Source: Octopus vulgaris
Taxonomy: Eukaryota
Assembly (NCBI GenBank): GCA_951406725.2
Contig: OX597817.1
Coordinates: forward strand, 98,704,001 to 98,768,000
Length of the DNA: 64,000 nt
Reading direction: 5' to 3'
The translations under genes and the position numbers were made by a program. Position 1 is the first letter of the stretch, and the number at the start of each line of letters is the position of its first letter. Below are positions 1 through 10,020 of the stretch, piece after piece. Below the pieces are notes generated by a model. The model was not told the DNA's origin, did no database searches, and saw only the letters and a list, made by a program, of their open reading frames with translations.

Positions 1-427
1 TAGAGAGACAGACATCACGTACCAGGGCGAGACCTCCTTAACCAGACTTAACACCACAATATTGTGTGCTTTCTTATTTAAGAAGTCATGCTTAGACGAG
101 CCCAAATGAAAGAATTAAATCAGTAAAAAAACAAAAAAAAAAAACAAATGGGTGTATTCAATTAAATTCAACCTCGGTGGTTTCAATTACCTGTAAGAGC
201 TATATTATTTATTTGCTACAACTTATTTTATTCCTATACACTTTTAAGAATGTAGATGAAAATTTATTGATGCAAAAAGGAATCACGTCAGTAAATTTAT
301 TCAGAGTGTGTGGTCCATAACACCTAAGGATGGTAAGGGATTCCCTTTAGATGGTTCCTGTCTAGTTACTAACGTCATATATAAATGTGTAGTCAAGGAC
401 GAGGATAAGTTAAATAAATTTTAACTG

Positions 428-660
428 GGCAATGGCCCAGTGGTTAGGGCAGCGGACTTGCGGTCGGAGGATCGCGGTTTCAATTCCCAGACCGGGCGTT
501 GTGTGTGTTTATTGAGCCAAAACACCTAAAAAGCTCCACGAGGCTCCGGCAGGGGATGGTGGTGATCCCTGCTGTACTCTTTCACCACTCTAAAGGCGGT
601 GCTCCAGCATGGCCGCAGTCAAATGACTGAAACAAGTACAAAAAAAAAAAAAAAAAAAAA
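428..660 (+). mobile_element. tRNA-derived SINE with LINE-derived 3' tail and poly(A)
   Basis: A-box-like TGGCCCAGTGG, B-box-like GGTTTCAATTCC, tail GGCGGTGCTCCAGCATGGCCGCAGTCAAATGACTGAAACAAGTA, A-run 640-660. Confidence 0.85.
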
Positions 661-701
661 TAGGTAGCACGGTAGATTTTAAGGCTAGATATAGATCGCA
701 T

Positions 702-992
702 ATGAGCTCATTTTCTAACGATAAATATTGTAATTCAACAACACTTGCATCCCATATACATAATTTGAAGAAAAATAATAAGAACTATTATCTAGAATGG
801 TCCATTGTCTCTAAAACCCCAAATTTCAAGGGAAATATTAACAAGTGTAAGTTGTGTATAAGGGAATCCCTTACCATCCTTAGGTGTTATGGACCACACA
901 CTCTGAATAAATTTACTGACGTGATTCCTCTTTGCATCCATAAATTTTCATCTACATTCTTAAAAGTGTATAGGAATAAAAATAAGTTGTAG
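702..992 (+). pseudogene. Penelope GIY-YIG endonuclease C-terminal fragment
   Basis: ORF with TTLASHIHNLK, LEWSIV, CKLCIRE, CIHK motifs; N-terminal part lies at about 347-420 and 661-701, split by a SINE. Confidence 0.8.
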
Positions 993-1209
993 CAAATAAA
1001 TAATTTAGCTCTTACAGGGAATTGAAACCACCGAGGTTGAATTTAATTGAATACACCCAGTTGTTTTTTTTGTTTTTTTTTTAATTTATAAAAAAATTTT
1101 AACGGTTTTTTTAAATGTTTTTTTTTTTACTGATTTAATTCTTTCATTTGGGCTCGTCTAAGCATAACTTCTTAAATAAGAAAGCACACAATAAATCTGG
1201 TTAAGGAGG

Positions 1210-2859
1210 CATTTTGTGTCTGTTATTTTGTATTGCGGTTGTTGTGTGAGTTGGATTTTGTTGTTGGAAGCTGTTACGGCGTGGTGAATTGTTGGAGTTT
1301 TGTTGGGTATGCAAGCCCAAACTTATGCGGGAGCAGCAGGCAAGGGCCTGGCTGCGAGCGAACTGCAGTTGAAAGAAATAGTTGTCGAGAAGGAGAGTTT
1401 GAAGAAATACTTCGACAGCTTCAAGAAGGAAGGTGATTGTCTGAGGGTCACACCACCTGAAGACGAAGCGAAAGAAGCTGAGAAGCGTATTATAACATAC
1501 AGAACGTGGAGTGTGGTTTCGAAGAGAATAGAAGTGGCAGAGGAGGAGGAAATCGAGAGGTGTCTACAGGAAATTGAAGGAAAAACTACCTTCTACAATA
1601 GAGGTAGAAAATACGCAACAGTAGTCGTTCATTTTGAAAACAAAGATGAAGCGAAGAGGAACGCCACAACAATATTGAAAACCGGAAAATGGGTGTTACT
1701 ACCTAGCTATTGTGGAAAAAGAGCAGTAAGAATACGAATTAGTAAAATTTCACCGGAACTGAACATGGAAAGAATTGTAGCGGCAATAGTATTCAACTTC
1801 AAAGAGAGCGTCGACATACTGAAGGTAGAAAAGTCGAAAGAAATAAAGTGGTGGGGTTATGCGGTGCAGGCTTTGGTTCACATAACCATGCCAGACCTGT
1901 ATAACATCCCAGAGGAGTTGGTGTTCCCCGACGAGACACGTCTCAGAGTCGTGGTGGAGGGGAGACCCCCAGTGTGTTACAAATGCAAAATTAGAGGCCA
2001 CATGAAGGATATGTGTCCGCTAAGAGAAGTACAAGAGAAAACGATAACACTGGAGGCTTTGACAGAGGAGTTACAAAAGGCGAATATGGAATTGCAAGCG
2101 GAAGAGGAAATCGTGACTACAGATAATGTGGAAAGTGGTTACGAGTTGGTGAAGGAGTAAGAAAAGGAAAGAACAGAAGGAAAAGAGGATAGAAAGAGGA
2201 TAGAATCACCACCCAAAGCACAAAAAAAGAAAAGATCTAAAAAGAAGTCTACCGACGAGATAGGGGATCGAACGCACGAAGAGAGAGATACAGAAACGAA
2301 AGTGAGTGAAGTTTCAAGTTGGGAGGAAGAGAAAGAATGGGAAAGAAGAATGGCAGAACAACTAAAAATATGTAAGGAAGGAAGAAGACCAAAAGGAAGA
2401 AATCTCAAAGCTATAATGTTGTACAAAAAGGACAAGGAAATTGAGAAGAAATTAGCGAATATGAAAAATTTAACTAGAGTAAAACTGAATCCAAAGATAT
2501 TCGATGACCAAATAAAGGCGGCAATTGTAGAAAGAGAGACAGTAATGAAGTTAATAAATGTGTATTCAAATGTAGCTGTAGGCGTATTGCAATACATTCG
2601 ATATGACAGTTTGCCAGGTGTTATAGAACAGGAGAAGTTACTCGAGTACATTACGAATGAACGCCCTGGATAGCACAATTGTAATTGTAAATGAAACTGC
2701 GAGCTTTGGGGGGGGGCTCGTAAGCCATTCCATTTAATTCATTATAAATAATTCATTAGCATACCATCCTTTTTGTATTTTTGTTATATGTACCCCATGT
2801 CCTGTATTGTTATGTCCCCTCTTAATTCGGGCCATTGTGCCTATAATAAAGATTTAAAG
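1210..2859 (+). mobile_element. ORF1-only L1/Tx1-like non-autonomous retroelement (HAL1-like architecture)
   Basis: Flanked by the 14-bp direct repeat TCTGGTTAAGGAGG (1196-1209, 2860-2873). AATAAA at 2845-2850. One long reading frame with a CCHC knuckle; no endonuclease or RT motifs seen. Confidence 0.75.
1309..2673 (+). pseudogene. ORF1/gag-like zinc-knuckle protein, about 454 codons, one in-frame stop at 2158-2160
   Basis: ORFs 1300-2160 and 2302-2673 share a frame and the gap is open after the TAA. Motif IPEELVF...VVVEGRPPVCYKCKIRGHMKDMCP (C-x2-C-x4-H-x4-C) is typical of L1/Tx1 ORF1. Confidence 0.75.
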
Positions 2860-2908
2860 TCTGGTTAAGGAGGTCTCGCCCTGGTACGTGATGTCTGTCT
2901 CTCTATTT

Positions 2909-2990
2909 TTCCCCTGACGAAGGAGTTATTATTGTGATGCACCCACGTGCATTAAATACAGTAATGTGCCCCTGAAATGGCCATAGGGAA
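2909..2990 (+). ncRNA. Type I minimal hammerhead ribozyme
   Basis: TTCCC-CTGACGA-AGG...CCT-GAAA-TGGCCA-TA-GGGAA: stem I TTCCC/GGGAA, long stem II with an ATGCAC/GTGCAT hairpin, palindromic stem III. Confidence 0.75.
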
Positions 2991-3130
2991 TGTAAATATG
3001 TTTTTTTCCTCTTTTTTGCTTGGACACTGGCTTATAACTATAGGTTTCCCTTATCTGAAAAGTATTTAAAAAAAAATTTTCTAAACGATGAACTTTTATC
3101 TTACCGTATATATTACTTATTTATATGCTT

Positions 3131-3170
<40 letters not shown>

Positions 3171-3474
3171 TAGATATATGTATATTTATATATTTTTATA
3201 TACCTATATATTTATATATTACTTTATACTTTATATTTTTACGTATTTATTATTCTAGTTGTAATGTTTTTTAAAATAATATATATTTCTTAATCGCTAA
3301 AGTATTAACTTTTAACCGTGATGAACTTTATTCACAGATTTTTCTCGCACTTTCTTATATGCTTGTACAGATGAGTTATGTTTCATCTTCCGTGATGTTA
3401 TACATGTATATTCTATGATTAAATGTTCGAGATCTGAAATGTTACGTGGATGACAGTGTATTTGTTTGTTCTGC

Positions 3475-3518
<44 letters not shown>

Positions 3519-3544
3519 GTATGTACGTATATATATAAATCCTT

Positions 3545-5899
3545 AAAAATGTTTTAGCCCGAAGGTCGCGGCCATGCTGGGGCACCACCGCTGAATGAGC
3601 TACACTAATATGTGAATCCACCTCTGATACGTGGCACTTGATCAACAAGGGAGTTCGATGCCGCTGCCCGCATCTGTGTCTCCTGTCGTGAGGTAGGTTC
3701 ATCTGGGACTCCCGACAAGAGATCCAGTTTAGTTTTAAAGAAACCCACATCCACACCATGTAAGTCTCTCAGGCATTTAGAGAGGATGTTAAAGAGCTGT
3801 GGTCCTCTGAAACCCAAGCTGTTGCAGTATCTGGTCCTGTATTTTGATGATGATGTTGGAATCTTTGGCACCATGCAGTGGCGCCCGTTCTGCGGTTGGG
3901 GTAACTTTGAATGCCAAAGTTTGGGACAAGACCCTCCAGGATTTTCCAGATGTATATCACCGCATATCTCTCCCGCCTCCGCTCTAGGGAGAAGAGGTTT
4001 AATACTTTCAGTCTTTCCCAGTAGCTGATATTTTGCATTGAGACGATTTTCTTTGTGTAGCTTCTCTGAATTGCTTCGAGTTCTGCTGTTAGTTTTATAT
4101 TGTGTGGTGACCATAGTTGGGAGCAGTAGTCCAAGCGGCTGAGGACGAATGTTTTCCATAGGACCATCAGTGTCTCCTTCTCTCTTGTTCTGAAAGTTCG
4201 GAGAATCTATCCAGCTAGCCGTCTGCATTTTATCACCAGATTAGTAATATACACTTGGAAAGATGCATCATTGCTCATGTCAATGCCCAGGTCACGCACT
4301 GATTTTGACACAGGGATTGCAATTCTTACTGGGCCAGTGTATCCAGTCTGCACGTCATTTACCTATGTGTACTGGTAGCGCAGGGCCTGGAACTTACCTG
4401 CATTAAACTGCATGTTGTCCTCCACCCACCTGTATATTGTATCCAACTCCTGTTGCAGATGCGCAATATTTTCAGGGTTTTGTATTGTGTGGGAGACTCT
4501 GCATAGCTAGCAAGGGTGGCAATCATAGCAACTGAAGGCATGTCTGAAAGGGCCACTATGAACAGCAGTGGCACCAAGACAGTGCCCTGTGGAACACCGC
4601 TTGTTATTTGTGTTTCCTTGGAGGTGGCTCCATTGCTCACAACTGCCTGTCTTCTGTCTTTTAGGAAGTTGTGCAGCCACTCTCCAAGTTTTCCGCCTTT
4701 GCCGAGACCACGCAGTTTGTGACAGATCATACCATGGTCGACTTTATCAAAGGCTTTTGCAAAGTCGAGATATATTACATCCACATTTGAGCCATTTAGT
4801 AGATGTTTTAACACCCAGTCATAGTGTTACAGGAGCTGTGTTAGACAGCTTCTACCTGGTCGAAATCCATGCTGGGTGTCAGACAGCAAGTCATTTTCTT
4901 CAAGGAACATGATTAGTTTCTTGCGCACATATGGCTTGTATTATTGAAATGAAGTGTTTGTGTTTCATGTTAATGTCCGGTGTGGAGAGACAATAGGCCA
5001 ATCCTGTTTGAGGATCTCTTTCTCAATCAACTTCCAGTTAGCCTTATGAAAGTTTAAGTTGGAGAGATGGTGGATGCTTTGTATAGGCTGTGTGTCTACG
5101 GGGACTTTTGGTCCATACATAGACAGCTCTATTATGTTGTGATCCGAGATCATTGTCGGCATCACTTTAACATTATGGATAATATCCATATTGTTTGTGA
5201 AGCAGAGATCCAGTATATTATCTGCCCTTGTTGGTTGCAGAACTATTTGCTCCATGAAAGAGGCATTTGTGAGATGGGGCAGGGACTCTGCCTGTGCCTG
5301 CTGATGGTGTATCATCCCTGAGAGCATCTGCCCCCCCCCCCAGGCCATTCCACATTGGGGAAGTTAAAGTCACCCATGAAGAATACACTGTTGTGTTGTT
5401 CAAGGTTGGTGAGGACTTCTCCTTTTTTGTTAGGCAGTCTTCAAACATGCCTGAGTGATTTGGGGCATCTGGTGGGCAATATGTAGCGCATATGACGATA
5501 TTCAGTTGTCTTATGTGTACAATTTGAGTGTCACACACTGAGTTTGAATATGACAACAGGACCTGGGCCGTGAGGTCATCTCGGATGTACATTGCAACTC
5601 CACCATGGCTCCTCCCTTTTCTATCTGAGCGTATGACTGCATATTACGGTATGTGTATTTCTGCATCCCCTATATCGATCCCAAGATGCGTTTCTGTGAG
5701 TGCCATGCATATAGCTTGATTGCATGTCACAAGGTCTCTCAGGAATGAGAGTTTCCTTTTACAGTTGCCGCGCAGGAGCCCTCCTATGTTCAGTAGAAAT
5801 ATTTTTGTGGTGTGTGTGTTGGTATCAGTGGTGGCCATCTTGCATCTGTTGGTGGTGGCCTTATGTGGTTGTAGTTGCAGCTTTGTGCTTGTAGACAGG
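3545..5899 (-). mobile_element. Degraded CR1/L2-group LINE (APE + RT) with frameshifts and an internal deletion near 4927
   Basis: Fragments FLLNIGGL, ALTETHL, LDLCFTN, SDHN, IYLDFAKAFDKVDH, SGVPQGTVL, LDYCSQLWSP; family 3' tail at 3551-3593. Confidence 0.92.
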
Positions 5900-5921
5900 T
5901 ATATACATATATATATATACA

Positions 5922-6364
5922 TACCGCAAAGTGGAACCGCAAAGGATGGAACCAAACAGCGCACACGGGTGTGTATGTTCTACCTGAGAGGTTCCTGCTG
6001 GCATGGAAAGGAAGGTGCAGGCTGCCGCTTTGCACATCGGGGACCCTGCCACAGAGACACGAGGCAGATGGACAAACCATCAACACAAAGAAAAGGGATG
6101 GACCACGCACCACCTGCCCCAAAGCGGAGGTACGCAGATGTTGTGCGCGCCACAAACCGCCAACATGATGTTGTCGAAAGAGCAGCTGCTGAGCAACAAT
6201 CTTTTTTGTGCATGGCACAAAAGATTGTACAGCAGCTGACCTGGCTTCATCAAACCCAAGCCCGCAGGTGGGACTACCCACTATATACCAGACCACCACA
6301 GCAAACAGACACAGGATGGACACCGCCGGCAACAACGTACACCTCACCTCGATGCTCCTACTGA
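5922..6364 (+). CDS. LINE ORF1 C-terminal fragment with a CCCH-like zinc finger
   Basis: CMFYLRGSCWHGKEGAGCRFAH (C-x7-C-x8-C-x3-H); overlaps the ORF2 start in another frame; 5' end abuts a (TA)n tract. Confidence 0.55.
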
Positions 6365-9312
6365 ACATCAGAGGACTGCAAACACTCAGTAACAGGACAA
6401 AGATCCCGTTCCTGAGAGACTTTGTTGCATGCAATCAAGCCTTATGCATAGCACTTACAGAAACGCACCTGAAACCGGACATAGCAGATGCGGAGTTACA
6501 CATACCACAGTATGCTGTACTACGGACCGACAGGAAAGAAAGGAGTCATTGAGGTGTTGCTATGTACATCCGTGAGGACCTCACACCCCAGGTCCTCTTG
6601 TCATACTCAAACTCGGTGTGTGACACACTAATTGTACATATTAGGCAACTTGATGTAGTTGTGTGTGCTACATATCGCCCTCCAGATGCCCCAAGCCATG
6701 TGGGCAAGTTTGAAGACTGCCTTATAAAAATAGAAGAAATTCTAACCACATTAGAACAACACATAGGTGTGCTTCTTATGGGAGACTTCAATCTGCCCAA
6801 TGTCAGATGGCCCGAGGGCCTTTCTCTCCCAGGAATGACAAGATGTGAACGAGGACAGGCGAGGTCCCTCCTGAACCTCATCAACACCCTGTACATGGAG
6901 CAGGTAATACTCCAACCAACCAGGGCAGGTAACACACTGGATCTCTGCTTCACAAATGACATGGATCTCATCCATAATGTGAAAGTGACACCGACACTAC
7001 TCTCGGATCACAACATGATAGAGCTGACCATGTACGGGCCAAAAGAGAGCACGGACATGCAGCCTACAAGAAACCCTCAAAATCTTTCCAGCTTGAACTA
7101 CCATAAGGCAAACTGGAAACAAATTGAGAAAGAGATCCTCAAACAAAACTGGCCTAAATGTCTCTCCTCGCCAGACATCGACGTGAAACTTCAACAATTC
7201 ATGTCTGTAATGCAAGCCATATGCTACAAATGTGTCCCAGAGAGAAAGGCCACTGTACACAAGAACAAAATCCCCAGAGAGAGGAAAATTTTAATGAGAC
7301 GGCGTATGAAATTTTCAAATCGCCTAAACAAACAGATTGAAAGCAGTGAAAAGTCCCGCCTAAAAATAAAACTGTTGGAAATCGAAAAATGTCTGCAACT
7401 CTCCCATGAAAAAGAAAGAGCAGACAAAGAAGCCTGGGCTATAGAAAACATAAAATCTAACCCCAGAGCTTTCTACAGGTATGCCAAAGAAACAGCTACA
7501 GTGCACTGTAGAATAGGGCCACTCCTCGAAAAGGATGGCACACTTACAGGAAAACCAATGAGGGTAAGTGAAATACTGAATGAGCAATTCAAGAGTGTTT
7601 TCACTCCACCCCTTGGGCATCTCCAAATCACCAATCCAACTGACTTTTTTACCACTGCAGATATAAAATCAGAGGCGGCGACGATAGATTACATCGATAT
7701 AAAGGAAGACGATGTAACCAAGGCTATAGATGAAATGAAAACAGACTCAGCTACTGGCCCCGATGGATTCCCGGCAATCCTCCTAAAAGCATGTAAGAGA
7801 GTCCTAGCAAGACCACTGCAGTTCCTCTTTCAGAGCTTCCTTGCAGCTGGCAAACTTCCAGGAAAACTGAAGGAAGGTAAAATATGCCCCATTCATAAAG
7901 GAGGTAGCAGAGCGGAAGCCAAGAACTATAGACCTATCTCTCTGACCTCACACATCAGCAAGGTCATGGAACGAATAGTCAGAAGGAAGCTGATCACCTT
8001 CCTTGAAGAGAATGACTTGCTGCCCGACACCCAACATGGTTTCCGACCAGGGAGAAGCTGTTTAACTCAGCTCCTACAACACTATGACTGGGTGCTGAAA
8101 CGGCTGCTCAACCACTCAAATGTGGAAGTGATATATCTCGACTTTGCAAAGGCCTTTGATAAAGTCGATCATGGAATGATATGTCACAAACTGCGTGATC
8201 TCAACATAGTTGGAAAACTGGGAGAATGGCTTCATGACTTTCTGAAGGATAGAAGTCAGGTGGTAGTAGCCAATGGGGCCACCTCCATTAACACACAAAT
8301 AGTGAGCGGTGTTCCGCAGGGCACTGTTCTGGGACCACTACTGTTCATAATGGCCCTCTCAGACATGCCCTCAGCCACGCAGAGAGCCACGATCACAAGT
8401 TATGCAGATGATACAAAAGTTTCACAGGCAATACAGAACCCTGAGGACACTAAACACCTGCAATGTGAGCTGGACGAAATATACAAGTGGGCTGAAAAGA
8501 ATAGCATGCAGTTCAATGCTGGAAAGTTTCAAGCTTTATACTATCAGCATGCAAAACTGAATGCAATACCCAATGAATACACTGGACCCGGAGGGATTGC
8601 AATCCCAGAGGCACAATCAGTGTGTGACCTGGGTATTCACATGAGTGATGACGCGACCTTTCATGTACATGTTGCTAAACTGACAATGAAATGTAGACGG
8701 CTGGCTGGCTGGATTCTTAGAACCTTTAGAACAAGAGAACAAGAAACCATGATGGTCCTCTGGAAGACACTTGTCCTAAGCCACTTTGACTATTGCTCTC
8801 AGCTATGGTCACCATCCAGTGTCAAGTTGATCACAGAACTTGAGGCGATCCAACGAAGCTACACGAAGAAGATAGCCTCTATGCAGAATGTAAGCTACTG
8901 GGAAAGACTCAAGAGATTAAAATTATATTCCCTGGAGCGTAGGCGGGAAAGATATGCCATAATATACATCTGGAAGATCCTGGAGGGAAGTGTCCTGAAC
9001 TTTGGCATCGAGAGTTACGCAAATGCCAGAACTGGGCGCCACTGCGTGGTGCCTAGGACTCCAAACCTGCCATCAAGATGTAGGACAAGATTCTGTGATA
9101 GCCTGGGCTTCCGAGGCCCACAGCTCTTCAATATCCTCCCGAAGAACCTGAGAGACCTGCATGGGGTGGATACAGATGTCTTTAAAATGAAGCTGGATCT
9201 CTTCCTGTCAGGTGTCCCAGATGAACCAACTTCACGGCAGGAGGGGCAGATGAGGGCAGCTGCATCGAACTCTCTCATGCACCAAATAGCAGTTGCTAGA
9301 AAGCCTCCATGA
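6316..9312 (+). pseudogene. LINE ORF2 (AP endonuclease + reverse transcriptase) with a single premature TGA at 6550-6552
   Basis: LLNIRGL, LTETHL, RSH*GVAMY, GDFN, SDHN, NYRPISLTS, QHGFR, LDFAKAFD, GVPQG, YADD; 916 aa open after the stop. Confidence 0.93.
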
Positions 9313-9910
9313 AGTGAAACCAAGTAGCAACACCAAATGGCGGTGCCCCAGCATGGCCACAGCTCATAAGCTGAAACTAGAATCAATCAATCAATCAATC
9401 ATACATATATATATATATTATATATATATATATATATATGTATATATAATAACAATATAATAAATTAAAACATATGCATATATACATACATATATGTACA
9501 TAGTCACATCTATATGTATATATACATGCATATATATATATATATATATGTTATAAAATGAGATAGGGGTTGAAAAATTCAACCCACCATGTGATAACAT
9601 ATATCCAATATACTGCTAGATAGGTACCCAACAAGACTAATACATAGATGTTAAAAATTGCCAAGCAATTAGTTCATCTATTGTATTATATGGGCAAAGG
9701 TAATAATATTACCGTAAATTAATACTACAAAATTAGAAAATGGAGAAACATACTTAAATCAATAAAACATCAACTATCAGATGATACCCAATCAATACTT
9801 TATTACACCATTACATATCAGTAAATGCATTATACAAAATATAAAGTAAATATAAATAGACAAGGAAATATAAATATAAAATATAAAATATAATATGTAA
9901 TTATATCATA

Positions 9911-10020
9911 TCTGACAGCTGTTTCGGCAGTAAGGGCAGTCATACCTCATTTAAACTATAAGCCATAAAGGCAGGTATAAATGAGGCATTAACAAGGATG
10001 CCCCACGGCCTCATCAGAGA
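9911..10020 (-). ncRNA. Type I hammerhead ribozyme (left arm)
   Basis: Minus strand: TCT-CTGATGA-GGC...GCC-GAAA-CAGCTG-TC-AGA; GUC cleavage triplet, palindromic stem III. Confidence 0.75.

Larger units (their letters stand above)
1..3060 (+). mobile_element. 5'-truncated Penelope-like element (GIY-YIG C-terminus plus 3' pseudo-LTR) with an inverted pLTR copy at 1-346; interrupted by a SINE and an ORF1-only element
   Basis: Reading across the SINE gives LDGSCLVTNVIYKCVV...GSTVDFKARYRSHMSSF...TTLASHIHNLK...LEWSIV...CKLCIRE, a Penelope-type GIY-YIG region. 1-346 is the reverse complement of 860-1209 joined to 2874-2905. Hammerhead motif at 2909-2990. Confidence 0.85.
5922..9400 (+). mobile_element. 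Near-intact CR1/L2-group LINE: partial ORF1, complete ORF2, (AATC)n tail
   Basis: APE and RT motifs in one frame; 3' UTR GGCGGTGCCCCAGCATGGCCACAGC...GCTGAAACTAG followed by AATC repeats at 9381-9400. Confidence 0.95.

Noticed and set aside
428-500. tRNA genes here and at 27420, 43260-43332 and 46730-46800
   Set aside because: A and B boxes are present but there is no complete cloverleaf, and they continue into SINE bodies.
5720-6434. 214-aa ORFs on both strands
   Set aside because: They span the junction of two head-to-head LINEs; only the part after 5922 on the + strand is plausible ORF1.
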